From: Pseudomonadota bacterium
Lineage (GTDB): Bacteria > Pseudomonadota > Alphaproteobacteria > Micavibrionales > UBA2020
Direction: 5' to 3'
NCBI GenBank assembly: GCA_016195185.1
Contig: JACQAA010000186.1
Span: forward strand, 1 to 45,222
DNA length: 45,222 bases
Below the pieces are notes generated by a model. It was not told the origin of the DNA and did not search any database. It saw nothing but the letters and a program-made list of their open reading frames with translations. A program made the position numbers and the translations under genes. Below are positions 9,056 through 17,501 of this stretch, piece after piece. The stretch's first letter is position 1. Each line of letters begins with the position of its first letter.

Positions 9056-10216
9056 ATGACAGGCGTAACATTAACTGCAGCAATGCGTGCTAACCTTGCC
9101 TCCCTGCAAGGCACGGCAATGCTGATGGGTAATACCCAGCTTCGTCTATCGACGGGCTTGAAAGTGAACTCAGCTCTTGATAACCCAACATCATTCTTCG
9201 CCGCTCAGGGCCTGAACAACCGTGCCAGCGACTTGTCCGCTCTTCTGGACGGAATGGCACAGTCGATCCAGGGTCTGAAAGCAACCTCTCAGGGTATTGA
9301 CGGTCTGACGGCTCTCGTCAACCAGGCCAAAGCCATTACCCAGACAGCTCAGGCTCAGCCTGCAACCGGTGGTTCTACCACTGGCACAGTCAGCCTGACG
9401 CCATTGACTATGTCGAACCTGACGACTGCTCTTGTCTCGGCTGGTGATCAGATCGGCATCTCGGTGAACGGTGCGGCTGCTGTCAACATCACGATTGCTG
9501 CCAACGACACCATCACGACTTTCATCAACAACATTAACGGTGCGGTAGGCCTGCAAAATGCCGACTCGTCACAGCAGGTGAAGGCGGAACTGGTGGCAGA
9601 TCCGGCGACTGCTGGTAACTACTTCCTGAAGCTGAGCACCACCGGCGGTCAAACTCTGACACTCACCAACGTGACAGGTACACCAAGAACGGCGTTCGGT
9701 TTGGCGAGCGGTGTCTTAGGTTCGTCAGCTGACATCTCGACTCAGATCACCCAGTATGCAACGCTGATGACGCAGATCAACCAGTTCATCACGGATACGG
9801 GCTATAAAGGCACCAACTACCTGAACGGCGACTCGAAAACCATTCAGCTGAACGAAGGCAATACTTCTTCGTTGACCATCACCGGCACAAGACGCGATGT
9901 TGCCGGCCTGGGCATGTCTGCGGCCATGACTCTGGCGACACTGAGCACGGTGGCGAGCAACATCGGCGCTGCTCAGACCACCCTGCGTAACGACGCCAGC
10001 AACTACGGTAACAACCTGGCCGTTCTTCAGGCCCGTTCCGACTTCACGACCAACCTGGTCGGCTCGTTGAAAGACGGCGCTAACCAGCTGATCGTCGCTG
10101 ACAAGAACGAAGAAGGCGCCAATATGCTGGCTCTGCAAACAGCCCAGCAGCTTGGTATTCAGGCCTTGTCTTTGGCTTCTCAGGCCAACCAATCGGTTCT
10201 CCGTCTGTTCGCTTAA
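9056..10216 (+). CDS. flagellin (SALDNPT / DUF1522-like alphaproteobacterial type)
   Basis: N-terminus ..LQGTAMLMGNTQLRLSTGLKVNSALDNPTSFFAAQGLNNRASDL.. and C-terminus ..EEGANMLALQTAQQLGIQALSLASQANQSVLRLFA are flagellin D0/D1 helices. The central region is Thr/Gly/Ala-rich and variable. Confidence 0.9.
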   Translation: MTGVTLTAAMRANLASLQGTAMLMGNTQLRLSTGLKVNSALDNPTSFFAAQGLNNRASDLSALLDGMAQSIQGLKATSQGIDGLTALVNQAKAITQTAQAQPATGGSTTGTVSLTPLTMSNLTTALVSAGDQIGISVNGAAAVNITIAANDTITTFINNINGAVGLQNADSSQQVKAELVADPATAGNYFLKLSTTGGQTLTLTNVTGTPRTAFGLASGVLGSSADISTQITQYATLMTQINQFITDTGYKGTNYLNGDSKTIQLNEGNTSSLTITGTRRDVAGLGMSAAMTLATLSTVASNIGAAQTTLRNDASNYGNNLAVLQARSDFTTNLVGSLKDGANQLIVADKNEEGANMLALQTAQQLGIQALSLASQANQSVLRLFA

Positions 10217-10244
10217 GACTGAGAAACAGAACTCTAAAAAGTAT

Positions 10245-10276
10245 CGGCGGGGTAAAATCCCGCCGGTACTTTTTTT
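10245..10276 (+). terminator. rho-independent terminator after the flagellin gene
   Basis: 7-bp GC stem CGGCGGG / CCCGCCG with a 7-nt loop, then GTAC and a run of 7 T. Confidence 0.8.
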
Positions 10277-10331
10277 GCGCCAGCCCGGTTATGAATCCGG
10301 TTGAGAATATCTGGCGGTGATTATCCGTTTT

Positions 10332-10355
10332 TTAACCACTTCCATGCCATACTGA
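10332..10355 (+). promoter_or_regulatory. conserved flagellar upstream motif, copy 2 (78 nt before the flbT ATG)
   Basis: TTAACCACTTCCATGCCATACTGA; see copy 1. Confidence 0.45.
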
Positions 10356-10409
10356 AGGCATATACAATGGTGGAAGAACTTCACCTTCATATAGACCGGA
10401 GAGAATCTC

Positions 10410-10799
10410 ATGGCACTGATCATCGATCTGAAACCTTCGGAAGTTATCATCATCGGCACCGCGCTGGTCACCAATGACGCCGCGCGGACAACCCGCCTGC
10501 ATATCGAGGGCAATGCCGCCATCCTGCGGGAAAAGGACATCCTGCGCGAGGCGGATGCCAATACCCCCTGTAAAAAAATCTACCTCGCCATCCAGTTGAT
10601 GTATCTTTCCGCGAACCCGGCATCCCTGCATCAAACTTATTTCGACATGATTCGCAGCATCCAGAAAGCGGCGCCCTCGACAGCCCTGTTCTTTGCCAAG
10701 ATCAACGACCATCTTCTCAATGATGACTATTACAAAGCCCTCAAAGAAGCCCGTCACCTGATGGAACATGAACAGGAGTTATTGGCCAATGCATCATAA
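10410..10799 (+). CDS. flbT: flagellar biosynthesis repressor FlbT
   Basis: MALIIDLKPSEVIIIGTALVTN......L.I.G.A.ILREKDIL.E.DA.TP...IY...Q.MYL parallels Caulobacter FlbT. Confidence 0.85.
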   Translation: MALIIDLKPSEVIIIGTALVTNDAARTTRLHIEGNAAILREKDILREADANTPCKKIYLAIQLMYLSANPASLHQTYFDMIRSIQKAAPSTALFFAKINDHLLNDDYYKALKEARHLMEHEQELLANAS

Positions 10800-11247
10800 C
10801 AGCCCTTACAGCAGAGCCGCCGGCGCTTACGGTTCGACCGCCGCCGCCACCGACCAGCGCCTTCTGGAAGGACAGGTGCTGCTGATTTCCGCCCAAAAAC
10901 TGGAAAACCTGTCGCTGCGCCTGCGGGCTGGAGAGAATGTGTCCCTGGAAGAGATTGACGACACGCTCGCGCATAACCGCAAGCTCTGGCAATTGTTTCT
11001 GGATACCACGATGGACCCCACCCACCTGCTGCCACAGGACATCCGCAACAACGTCGCCTCTCTGGCGGTATATGTTTTCAAGAGAACCCAGGAAGTGCTG
11101 ATCGACACGGTCCCGGACAAATTCAGGGTGCTGATCGACATCAACCGCAACATCGCCGCGGGACTGATGAAAAAGCAGGCGCAGGCCGCCGGGCCACAGG
11201 CGGCAGCGCCGATGGTTGAGAAAACAGCCACCGACAGCATGGCATAA
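10789..11247 (+). CDS. flaF: flagellar biosynthesis regulator FlaF
   Basis: ..YG.......D.R.LEG.VLL..A..L......................L..N.KLW..F..D....... L P.D.R.N...L..YV is FlaF-like. ATG 10789 overlaps the flbT stop, suggesting coupled translation. The track start at 10768 is less likely. Confidence 0.8.
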   Translation: MHHNSPYSRAAGAYGSTAAATDQRLLEGQVLLISAQKLENLSLRLRAGENVSLEEIDDTLAHNRKLWQLFLDTTMDPTHLLPQDIRNNVASLAVYVFKRTQEVLIDTVPDKFRVLIDINRNIAAGLMKKQAQAAGPQAAAPMVEKTATDSMA

Positions 11248-11262
11248 AAAAACCCACCGAAC

Positions 11263-11976
11263 ATGCCGGAAAAAAGCACAATACAATTGTCGCCGGACTG
11301 GCTCACCGTGCTGGAGGGCGAGTTCAGACAGCCCTACATGGCCACCCTCAAAGAATTTCTGCTGCAGGAAAAAAAATCTGGAAGAACGGTCTACCCGCGG
11401 GGGTCGGAAATTTTCAACGCCCTCAACACCACGCCGTTTGATCAGGTCAGGGTCGTCATTTTGGGGCAGGACCCGTATCATGGACCGGGTCAGGCGCATG
11501 GCCTGTCTTTTTCAGTACGCAAAGGCGTGGAGAAACCGCCCAGTCTGATCAATATTTATAAAGAAATCGAGCAGGAATTTGGCATTAAAATGCCGCCGCA
11601 CGGCGATCTGACGGGCTGGGCACAACAAGGGGTGCTGCTGCTCAACGCGACCCTGACCGTACGCCAGTCGGCCGCGGGGTCGCATCAGGGCAAAGGCTGG
11701 GAACAGTTCACCGATGCCGTCATTCGCGCCATTAACGACAAACACCGGCATGTGGTGTTCATGCTGTGGGGGTCCTATGCCCAGAAAAAAGGCGCCTTTA
11801 TCGACCGCACCAAACATCTGGTTCTGACGGCGCCGCATCCGTCGCCGCTGTCAGCGCATCGCGGTTTTCTGGGCTGCGGCCATTTTAAAAAGGCCAATGA
11901 CTATCTTCTTCAGCACCAACGCGGCGCAATTGACTGGTCTCTGGCCGAAGCGACGCCCCTGCAGAAGACTTCTTGA
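11263..11976 (+). CDS. ung: uracil-DNA glycosylase
   Basis: Motifs VVILGQDPYHGPGQAHGLSFSV, GVLLLNATLTV and HPSPLSA are present. Confidence 0.95.
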   Translation: MPEKSTIQLSPDWLTVLEGEFRQPYMATLKEFLLQEKKSGRTVYPRGSEIFNALNTTPFDQVRVVILGQDPYHGPGQAHGLSFSVRKGVEKPPSLINIYKEIEQEFGIKMPPHGDLTGWAQQGVLLLNATLTVRQSAAGSHQGKGWEQFTDAVIRAINDKHRHVVFMLWGSYAQKKGAFIDRTKHLVLTAPHPSPLSAHRGFLGCGHFKKANDYLLQHQRGAIDWSLAEATPLQKTS

Positions 11977-11986
11977 CTAAAGGAAA

Positions 11987-12232
11987 TTACTGAACAACCA
12001 CGGAACAACCCGTCGCATCGCAATACTGCTCGACGCTGTCATCCTCGGTTTTGAGAGCCTGCCGGAGGCGGCCACCGATATAACTGGCCAGAGCTTCATC
12101 GCTGAAAGAGGCGGTGCCAGCCACCGGCGCGCGGACGTCATTGACCGCGACATGGACCTGATCGGCGCGTGCGCCGGAGCCGCCACCAATCAGAAAAACA
12201 CATAGCATCAGATAAATATATTTTGTCCGCAT
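11987..12232 (-). CDS. small secreted hypothetical protein (81 aa)
   Basis: N-terminal signal peptide (MRTKYIYLMLCVFLIGGGSGARA|DQ) and two Cys near the C-terminus. No family recognised. Confidence 0.45.
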   Translation of the reverse strand: MRTKYIYLMLCVFLIGGGSGARADQVHVAVNDVRAPVAGTASFSDEALASYIGGRLRQALKTEDDSVEQYCDATGCSVVVQ

Positions 12233-12279
12233 AATAACCCGGCACCCCTTCGTACGTTACGTATACACACTCCCCGTTT

Positions 12280-13287
12280 CTAGCGCAAGGGCTTTAATCC
12301 CGTGACTTCGCGTGCGCGAGAGAGAGTCTGGCGGGCGATCTGACGGGCTTTTTCCGCGCCAGCCGCCAGCAGTTCGTCCAGTAACGCCGGTTTTGCCATG
12401 TATTCAGTGTAAATCTGTGTAGGCTTTTCAAATTCACGCTCCAGTACGATGAATAAATTTTTCTTCGCGTCGCCATAACCAATCTTGCCTTCTTCAAAGA
12501 GGCGCCGCGCGCTCTGAAGTTCTTCGGCAGCAATAAAATGGGTATAGATCTGGAAGATGATACTTTCATCAGGATTTTTTGGCTCTTCCGGGCGCTTTGA
12601 ATCGGTGACGATTTTCATCACCAGTTTTTGCCGCGCATTGCTGTCCATGAAAACAGGGATATGGTTGTTGTAGCTTTTGCTCATCTTGCGCCCGTCAATG
12701 CCGGGCAATAATGCGCCTTCTTTTTCCAGCTGGTATCCGGGCAACTTGAAAACGGGCTTGAACGTATTGTTAAAATAGCCCGCCATATCGCGGGCGAATT
12801 CAATATGCTGCACCTGATCTTTGCCGACCGGAACAATATCCGTCTGCGCCATCAGAATATCCGCCGCCATCAGGAGGGGGTAAGTATAAAGCCCCATATT
12901 GATGTCGGCGTCCGGATCGCGGCCGGCCTCGCGGTTTTTATCGACGGCAGCCTTATAAGAATGTGCCCGGTCCATCAGCCCCTTGGGGGTGACGGCAGCC
13001 AGCAAGGTTGCCAGCTCAAAAATCTCCGGCACGTCGGACTGGCGATAGAAAACCGTTTTCTGCGGATCAAGCCCCAGCGCCAGCCAGCAGGCCGCCACCT
13101 GATAGCTGTCCTCCCGCAGCGCTTTCGGGTCATGCACCGCGTTCAGGGCATGATAATCGGCGATGAACAGGTAAGATTTTTGCTGCGCGGCAGCCAGCCT
13201 CAGGGCCGGCCGGATTGCGCCAATATAGTTCCCGATATGCGGGGCGCCGGTGGGCTTTACCCCGGTGAGGATCGTCTTTCCGCTCAT
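12280..13287 (-). CDS. trpS: tryptophan--tRNA ligase
   Basis: Class I aaRS motifs: TGAPHIGNYIG (HIGH-like) and KMSKS. Confidence 0.95.
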   Translation of the reverse strand: MSGKTILTGVKPTGAPHIGNYIGAIRPALRLAAAQQKSYLFIADYHALNAVHDPKALREDSYQVAACWLALGLDPQKTVFYRQSDVPEIFELATLLAAVTPKGLMDRAHSYKAAVDKNREAGRDPDADINMGLYTYPLLMAADILMAQTDIVPVGKDQVQHIEFARDMAGYFNNTFKPVFKLPGYQLEKEGALLPGIDGRKMSKSYNNHIPVFMDSNARQKLVMKIVTDSKRPEEPKNPDESIIFQIYTHFIAAEELQSARRLFEEGKIGYGDAKKNLFIVLEREFEKPTQIYTEYMAKPALLDELLAAGAEKARQIARQTLSRAREVTGLKPLR

Positions 13288-13358
13288 GTTCTGGCCATTC
13301 CCATCTCAGATTTAGTTATATACAATATAGACGGAATGTAAACCTGGGGAATGACATC

Positions 13359-13745
13359 ATGGCGCTGGAACTGAAAGACCTGGACGGCCAATACCGCGTG
13401 ACCACCGTCTCCGACTACCACGGCCCGATACCGATGAAAAGCGACGGCATCACCGAAATTAAAAACGGGCGAACCCAGCGCGTTGATCAGGCCGGCTGCC
13501 AGTGGAGCACTTGCCTCACCGTCCTGAACGACAGCGAGGTGCGTTTTGAATCAACGGCTGATCCCGGAAATGCCGCCGCAGATTTTTTGCTGACGGACGA
13601 GGGGGGCAGGCTCACGCACGAGCCGGTCACCTATACGACCACCCTGAAAGTCGCGCGCAAAGAGGGTAAAATCCGCCTGTCCGGCAACATTCAGCACGGC
13701 AAGATCCTCACCGTCATCACCATGACAAAAATTGATACGCCCTGA
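13359..13745 (+). CDS. hypothetical beta-rich protein (128 aa)
   Basis: Clean ATG ORF. The pattern LDGQY.V.......G......G.TEIKNGRT..VDQAG loosely recalls GrlR-like or lipocalin-like small barrels; this is a weak impression only. Confidence 0.5.
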   Translation: MALELKDLDGQYRVTTVSDYHGPIPMKSDGITEIKNGRTQRVDQAGCQWSTCLTVLNDSEVRFESTADPGNAAADFLLTDEGGRLTHEPVTYTTTLKVARKEGKIRLSGNIQHGKILTVITMTKIDTP

Positions 13746-13839
13746 CCAATATGTAAACATTGTATGGTGATCGCCTTCTGCATTGGTTCTCGGTATACTG
13801 ACCCCGGTTTTTAGAAATACCTCAAGGAGGGGCAACATC

Positions 13840-14310
13840 ATGGACGGCACGAAAAACTGGCTGGAAAAATTGCAAAAAAAAGCTGAGGAAAAACTCGAGA
13901 GAGACGCCGATCCGCGCGTGCAAAAAGAAATAAAAAAAGAGAAGTCCCGCAAAATGTCCCAGCGCACATTCAAGCTGCTCGGCTGGGCTAAAAAAGGATC
14001 CGAGGAGTACAACAAGGCCGCGAAAAAGGCGGATGAGGCCGCTGCAGATCTCACAGAGAAAACTGTGGAGGTGGTCGAAAAGATAAAGCCGCTCGCTGAA
14101 ACAGTGGATAAGGCCGCAGAGTCTCTTGGCCAAAAAACCAAATGTTTTTTCAAGCGCGTGGCGAAAAAAGTTGGAGACATTAAAGAAGATCAAGCCCGGA
14201 AACCCGGCACGGGCTCCGGCATTCTCGATATCCTGGCGCCGGCGGTGCCTGATAAGGATGCGATCAAATCCAAGGCACCCAAAAAAGACGCACCCCCCGC
14301 GCAGCCCTAA
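13840..14310 (+). CDS. hypothetical Lys/Glu-rich, probably disordered protein (156 aa)
   Basis: ATG 13840 sits 7 nt after AAGGAGG; the track's upstream start at 13783 lacks an SD. Composition is dominated by K/E/A and it ends ..SKAPKKDAPPAQP. Confidence 0.55.
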   Translation: MDGTKNWLEKLQKKAEEKLERDADPRVQKEIKKEKSRKMSQRTFKLLGWAKKGSEEYNKAAKKADEAAADLTEKTVEVVEKIKPLAETVDKAAESLGQKTKCFFKRVAKKVGDIKEDQARKPGTGSGILDILAPAVPDKDAIKSKAPKKDAPPAQP

Positions 14311-14341
14311 ACACTCCTCCCCGTCGCAATAAGGATGCCGG

Positions 14342-15520
14342 ATGGCTATTAAATCTCTGCCCAGAAGCGTGATCATGCTTGGTTTCGTCAGCATGTTCAT
14401 GGATATTTCCTCGGAGATGATTCACAGTCTCTTGCCGGTTTTTATGGTTTCCGTTTTGGGCGTCAGCGCCCTCTCGGTCGGCATTATCGAAGGCATCGCG
14501 GAGGCCACCGCCTCGATCACGAAAATATTTTCCGGCGTCGTGAGTGACTGGATCGGCCGCCGCAAACCGCTGGTCCTGTTTGGCTATACCATGGCGGCCC
14601 TGACCAAGCCATTATTTCCGCTGGCACAGGGTGTTACCGCCATATTGACGGCACGTTTTATTGACCGCGTCGGCAAGGGCATCCGCGGCGCCCCCCGTGA
14701 CGCGCTGATTACCGATCTGGTCCCTAAAAATCTGCATGGCGCCGCCTTCGGTTTGCGGCAATCCATGGATACGGTCGGCGCCTTCATAGGGCCAACTGTT
14801 GCCATGGCGCTGATGTTTTTTACCTTTAATAACTACCGGCTGGTATTCTGGCTTGCCGTCATTCCGGCCTTTATCGCCGTAGCCTGCATTGTGTTCGGTG
14901 TGGAAGAGCCCGAACATACATCCACTGGAAAAACCAGGCCTTTCCCGATTCGAAAAAGCGAGTTGATCAAACTGCCGCTATCATTCTGGATCGTCGTAGC
15001 CTTTGCCGCCGCTTTCACGCTGGCGCGTTTTAGCGAGGCCTTTCTGCTGTTGCGGGCGGATAACCTGGGTCTTGCGGCCTGGCTTACGCCCGCCATCCTG
15101 ATCACCATGAACATTGTTTATGCCGGCAGCGCCTACCCTATTGGCAATCTCTCCGACCGCATCGGCAAGTTCGGGCTGCTGACCATCGGCATTATTCTGC
15201 TGATTGTCGCCGACCTGACGCTGGCCTTGGGGCACAACCTGTACTGGACTTTTATCGGCACCGCCCTATGGGGCCTGCATATGGGGATGACGCAGGGGCT
15301 TTTGTCCGCCCTTGTCGCCGACGTCGCGCCGTCCGAACTGCGGGGTACCGCCTTCGGCATGTTTCACCTACTCACCGGCATCACCCTGCTGATCGCCAGC
15401 GCTCTGGCCGGATGGCTCTGGACCGCTTACGGACCCGCCGAAACATTTTATTTCGGCGCTGCCTTTGCTGGTGTGGCGCTGATCGGGTTCCTGCAGATAC
15501 GCGACAAGTATTTGAAATAA
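14342..15520 (+). CDS. MFS transporter
   Basis: About 12 predicted hydrophobic segments. The MFS loop motif is DWIGRRKPL, with a second-half equivalent LSDRIGK. Confidence 0.85.
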   Translation: MAIKSLPRSVIMLGFVSMFMDISSEMIHSLLPVFMVSVLGVSALSVGIIEGIAEATASITKIFSGVVSDWIGRRKPLVLFGYTMAALTKPLFPLAQGVTAILTARFIDRVGKGIRGAPRDALITDLVPKNLHGAAFGLRQSMDTVGAFIGPTVAMALMFFTFNNYRLVFWLAVIPAFIAVACIVFGVEEPEHTSTGKTRPFPIRKSELIKLPLSFWIVVAFAAAFTLARFSEAFLLLRADNLGLAAWLTPAILITMNIVYAGSAYPIGNLSDRIGKFGLLTIGIILLIVADLTLALGHNLYWTFIGTALWGLHMGMTQGLLSALVADVAPSELRGTAFGMFHLLTGITLLIASALAGWLWTAYGPAETFYFGAAFAGVALIGFLQIRDKYLK

Positions 15521-15566
15521 CTCATTAAATATGCCGTCTCCATTTATATTTCACAAGAATCTATTC

Positions 15567-15595
15567 TTGACATATTGTCAACAGCTCAGTATTCT
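15567..15595 (+). promoter_or_regulatory. sigma70-type promoter for ankyrin pair A
   Basis: TTGACA-N17-TATTCT. The 14-bp palindrome AAGAAT-ct-ATTCTT (15555-15568) abuts and overlaps the -35. The track's TTG start at 15575 lies inside this promoter. Confidence 0.5.
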
Positions 15596-15640
15596 GAAAA
15601 AAATTATCGACGATTCGCGGGCGGGCCGCATAGAGACAAA

Positions 15641-16375
15641 ATGGCAATTTTTGTATCAGGTAAATCCATCGTTCTGAAAGCTATTAAGGAAGGCGATGTG
15701 AGCCTTCTCAGAGCCATTCTGAAAGAACAGCCGGAATGGCTGGAGAAGAAATTTCATGTCGGTTTTATCGGCATGTTCGATGGTTTTATTCTGGACATGG
15801 CAGCCTATTATAATCAGCCAAAAGTGATCGAGTTTCTGGTAACCGAAAAAAAGGTCGATATTAATCGTCAAAACGGGGTCAGTTGCCAATGGTCAGCGTT
15901 GCATCTGGCCTGCCGTAATGATTCATACGAGGCGGCAGAAATGCTGGTCAAGCTGGGCGCCAATGTGGGGGCAAAGGCCAGTCACGACACGACTCCTCTT
16001 GCTCTGTGCTCTTCCGGCCCCTGCAAAGAACGCTTGCGCGAATTATTCCGTCAGGCCCGTCAGGAAAAAGAAACGGCGCCCGAAAGGACTGATATCTGGC
16101 GGCGCATTTCTCCCGATGAAATCGTGCACGACCGCGACCTGCCGGAGAGCGGGTATCATATCACCGATATTTTCAATTTCGAGGCGCGCTACTGGACATC
16201 CATTACAAGAGACCTGAAAAGCGGCGTTCCGGCCCAGACTCAGCAATTTTTTGACGAGATGCCCGACACCCGCCTCCTGCATCTGGCCCATGAAAAATAT
16301 AAAGAACTGGGCGGCACGATCGGCGCTGACGTGATTGATAGCCAGCCCCTGCGCGGAAGAAATAAAACGCTCTGA
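15641..16375 (+). CDS. ankyrin-repeat protein with unassigned C-terminal domain (Ank-CTD A1, 244 aa)
   Basis: Ankyrin consensus pieces are present (..WSALHLACRNDSYEAAEMLVKLGANV.., ..TTPLALC..). The C-terminal 90 aa are paralogous to the next gene and, more distantly, to 26830-28100. Start set to ATG 15641, downstream of the predicted promoter, which gives exactly the length of the paralog. Confidence 0.8.
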   Translation: MAIFVSGKSIVLKAIKEGDVSLLRAILKEQPEWLEKKFHVGFIGMFDGFILDMAAYYNQPKVIEFLVTEKKVDINRQNGVSCQWSALHLACRNDSYEAAEMLVKLGANVGAKASHDTTPLALCSSGPCKERLRELFRQARQEKETAPERTDIWRRISPDEIVHDRDLPESGYHITDIFNFEARYWTSITRDLKSGVPAQTQQFFDEMPDTRLLHLAHEKYKELGGTIGADVIDSQPLRGRNKTL

Positions 16376-16404
16376 CTTGAAACCTATTCAGGAACATCAT
16401 CACC

Positions 16405-17139
16405 ATGCTGAACCCCAATAAATCCCGTTTTCTGAAAGCGATCAAAAAAGGCGACGTGACTTTTTTGAGAGAGTTTCTGGAGCAGCACCCGAAGTATCTC
16501 AAGAAGAAATTACATGCAAAACTATACTTGTTCGATGGTTTTGCCTTGAACATGGCAGCCTATTATAATCAGCCGAAAGTAATCGAGTTTCTGGTGACTG
16601 AGAAACATGTCGATATTAACAACCGGCGGCGGGTCCATCAGGAATGGACGGCGCTGCATCTGGCCTGCCACAACGATGCCTATGAAGCGGCGGAGGCCCT
16701 GGTGACGCTAGGCGCTGATATGGACTTGCCAAACTTCTTCGGCAAAACACCGCTGGGTATGTGCAGTTCAGACCCCATGCAAGAACGGCTGAAAGAATTA
16801 TTCGCCCGAACCAGGCTAGCCCGGGATAAGGCAGAACAGACCTGCACCAAGAGCGCTGATCAACAGGACATCTGGCGGCGCATCTCCCCGGGCGAAATCA
16901 TGCATGAGCGCGTGCTGCCAGAAAACGGCTATCGCATCACGGATATTTTCAATTTCGAAGCCCGCTACTGGACCTCCATCGTCAGAGACCCGACCAGCGG
17001 CACCCCGACACAGAATCGGGTATTTTTTGACAACATGCCCGATACGCGGATCTTGCACCAGGCTCATGCAAAATACGTTGAGCTGGGCGGCACAATCCCG
17101 GCAGAGGCGATCGACCGCCGCCCACGCAAAGCCCTCTGA
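16405..17139 (+). CDS. ankyrin-repeat protein with unassigned C-terminal domain (Ank-CTD A2, 244 aa)
   Basis: Tandem paralog of A1. It shares identical blocks MAAYYNQPKVIEFLVTEK, ALHLAC and ITDIFNFEARYWTSI. Confidence 0.85.
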   Translation: MLNPNKSRFLKAIKKGDVTFLREFLEQHPKYLKKKLHAKLYLFDGFALNMAAYYNQPKVIEFLVTEKHVDINNRRRVHQEWTALHLACHNDAYEAAEALVTLGADMDLPNFFGKTPLGMCSSDPMQERLKELFARTRLARDKAEQTCTKSADQQDIWRRISPGEIMHERVLPENGYRITDIFNFEARYWTSIVRDPTSGTPTQNRVFFDNMPDTRILHQAHAKYVELGGTIPAEAIDRRPRKAL

Positions 17140-17501
17140 TAAAGAAAATTGTGTGTAACACACTGAAATAATTAGTTGTTTTTAATGATTATTATTTTCT
17201 TGCTATTTTACAAAATCAATGTAAATTGGGCCCTGAGTTTAGATAGCTCTATGCCTTAAGCATTTTGACCGCGCAATAAACACAATAATAAAAGCACGGT
17301 CAGTCATACCAAACAGGTATGAATGAAAGCAGTGCACCTCTCTTGCATGTAAAACCGTGCGCGCCAGACTTTCCCAGCATTTGTCAAAGAGTTTTGTAAC
17401 CCAGGCACGAAAACGCCCAGTGGGTCGCTACGCTCTTTTAATCTCTGCCTCATGGTGAGGCGGGGATATAGACACACACTGACGTAAGGATACAACATAC
17501 C

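Noticed and set aside
10741-11499. 252-aa minus-strand ORF spanning flaF and the ung 5' end
   Set aside because: It overlaps two recognisable plus-strand genes and the short gap between them. There is no start context and the composition is that of a shadow ORF.
15575-15640. Upstream in-frame extensions of the first Ank genes of each pair in the track (TTG 15575; likewise ATG 26791)
   Set aside because: Both candidate starts fall inside near-consensus -35/-10 promoter elements. The downstream ATGs (15641, 26830) give lengths consistent with the paralogs.
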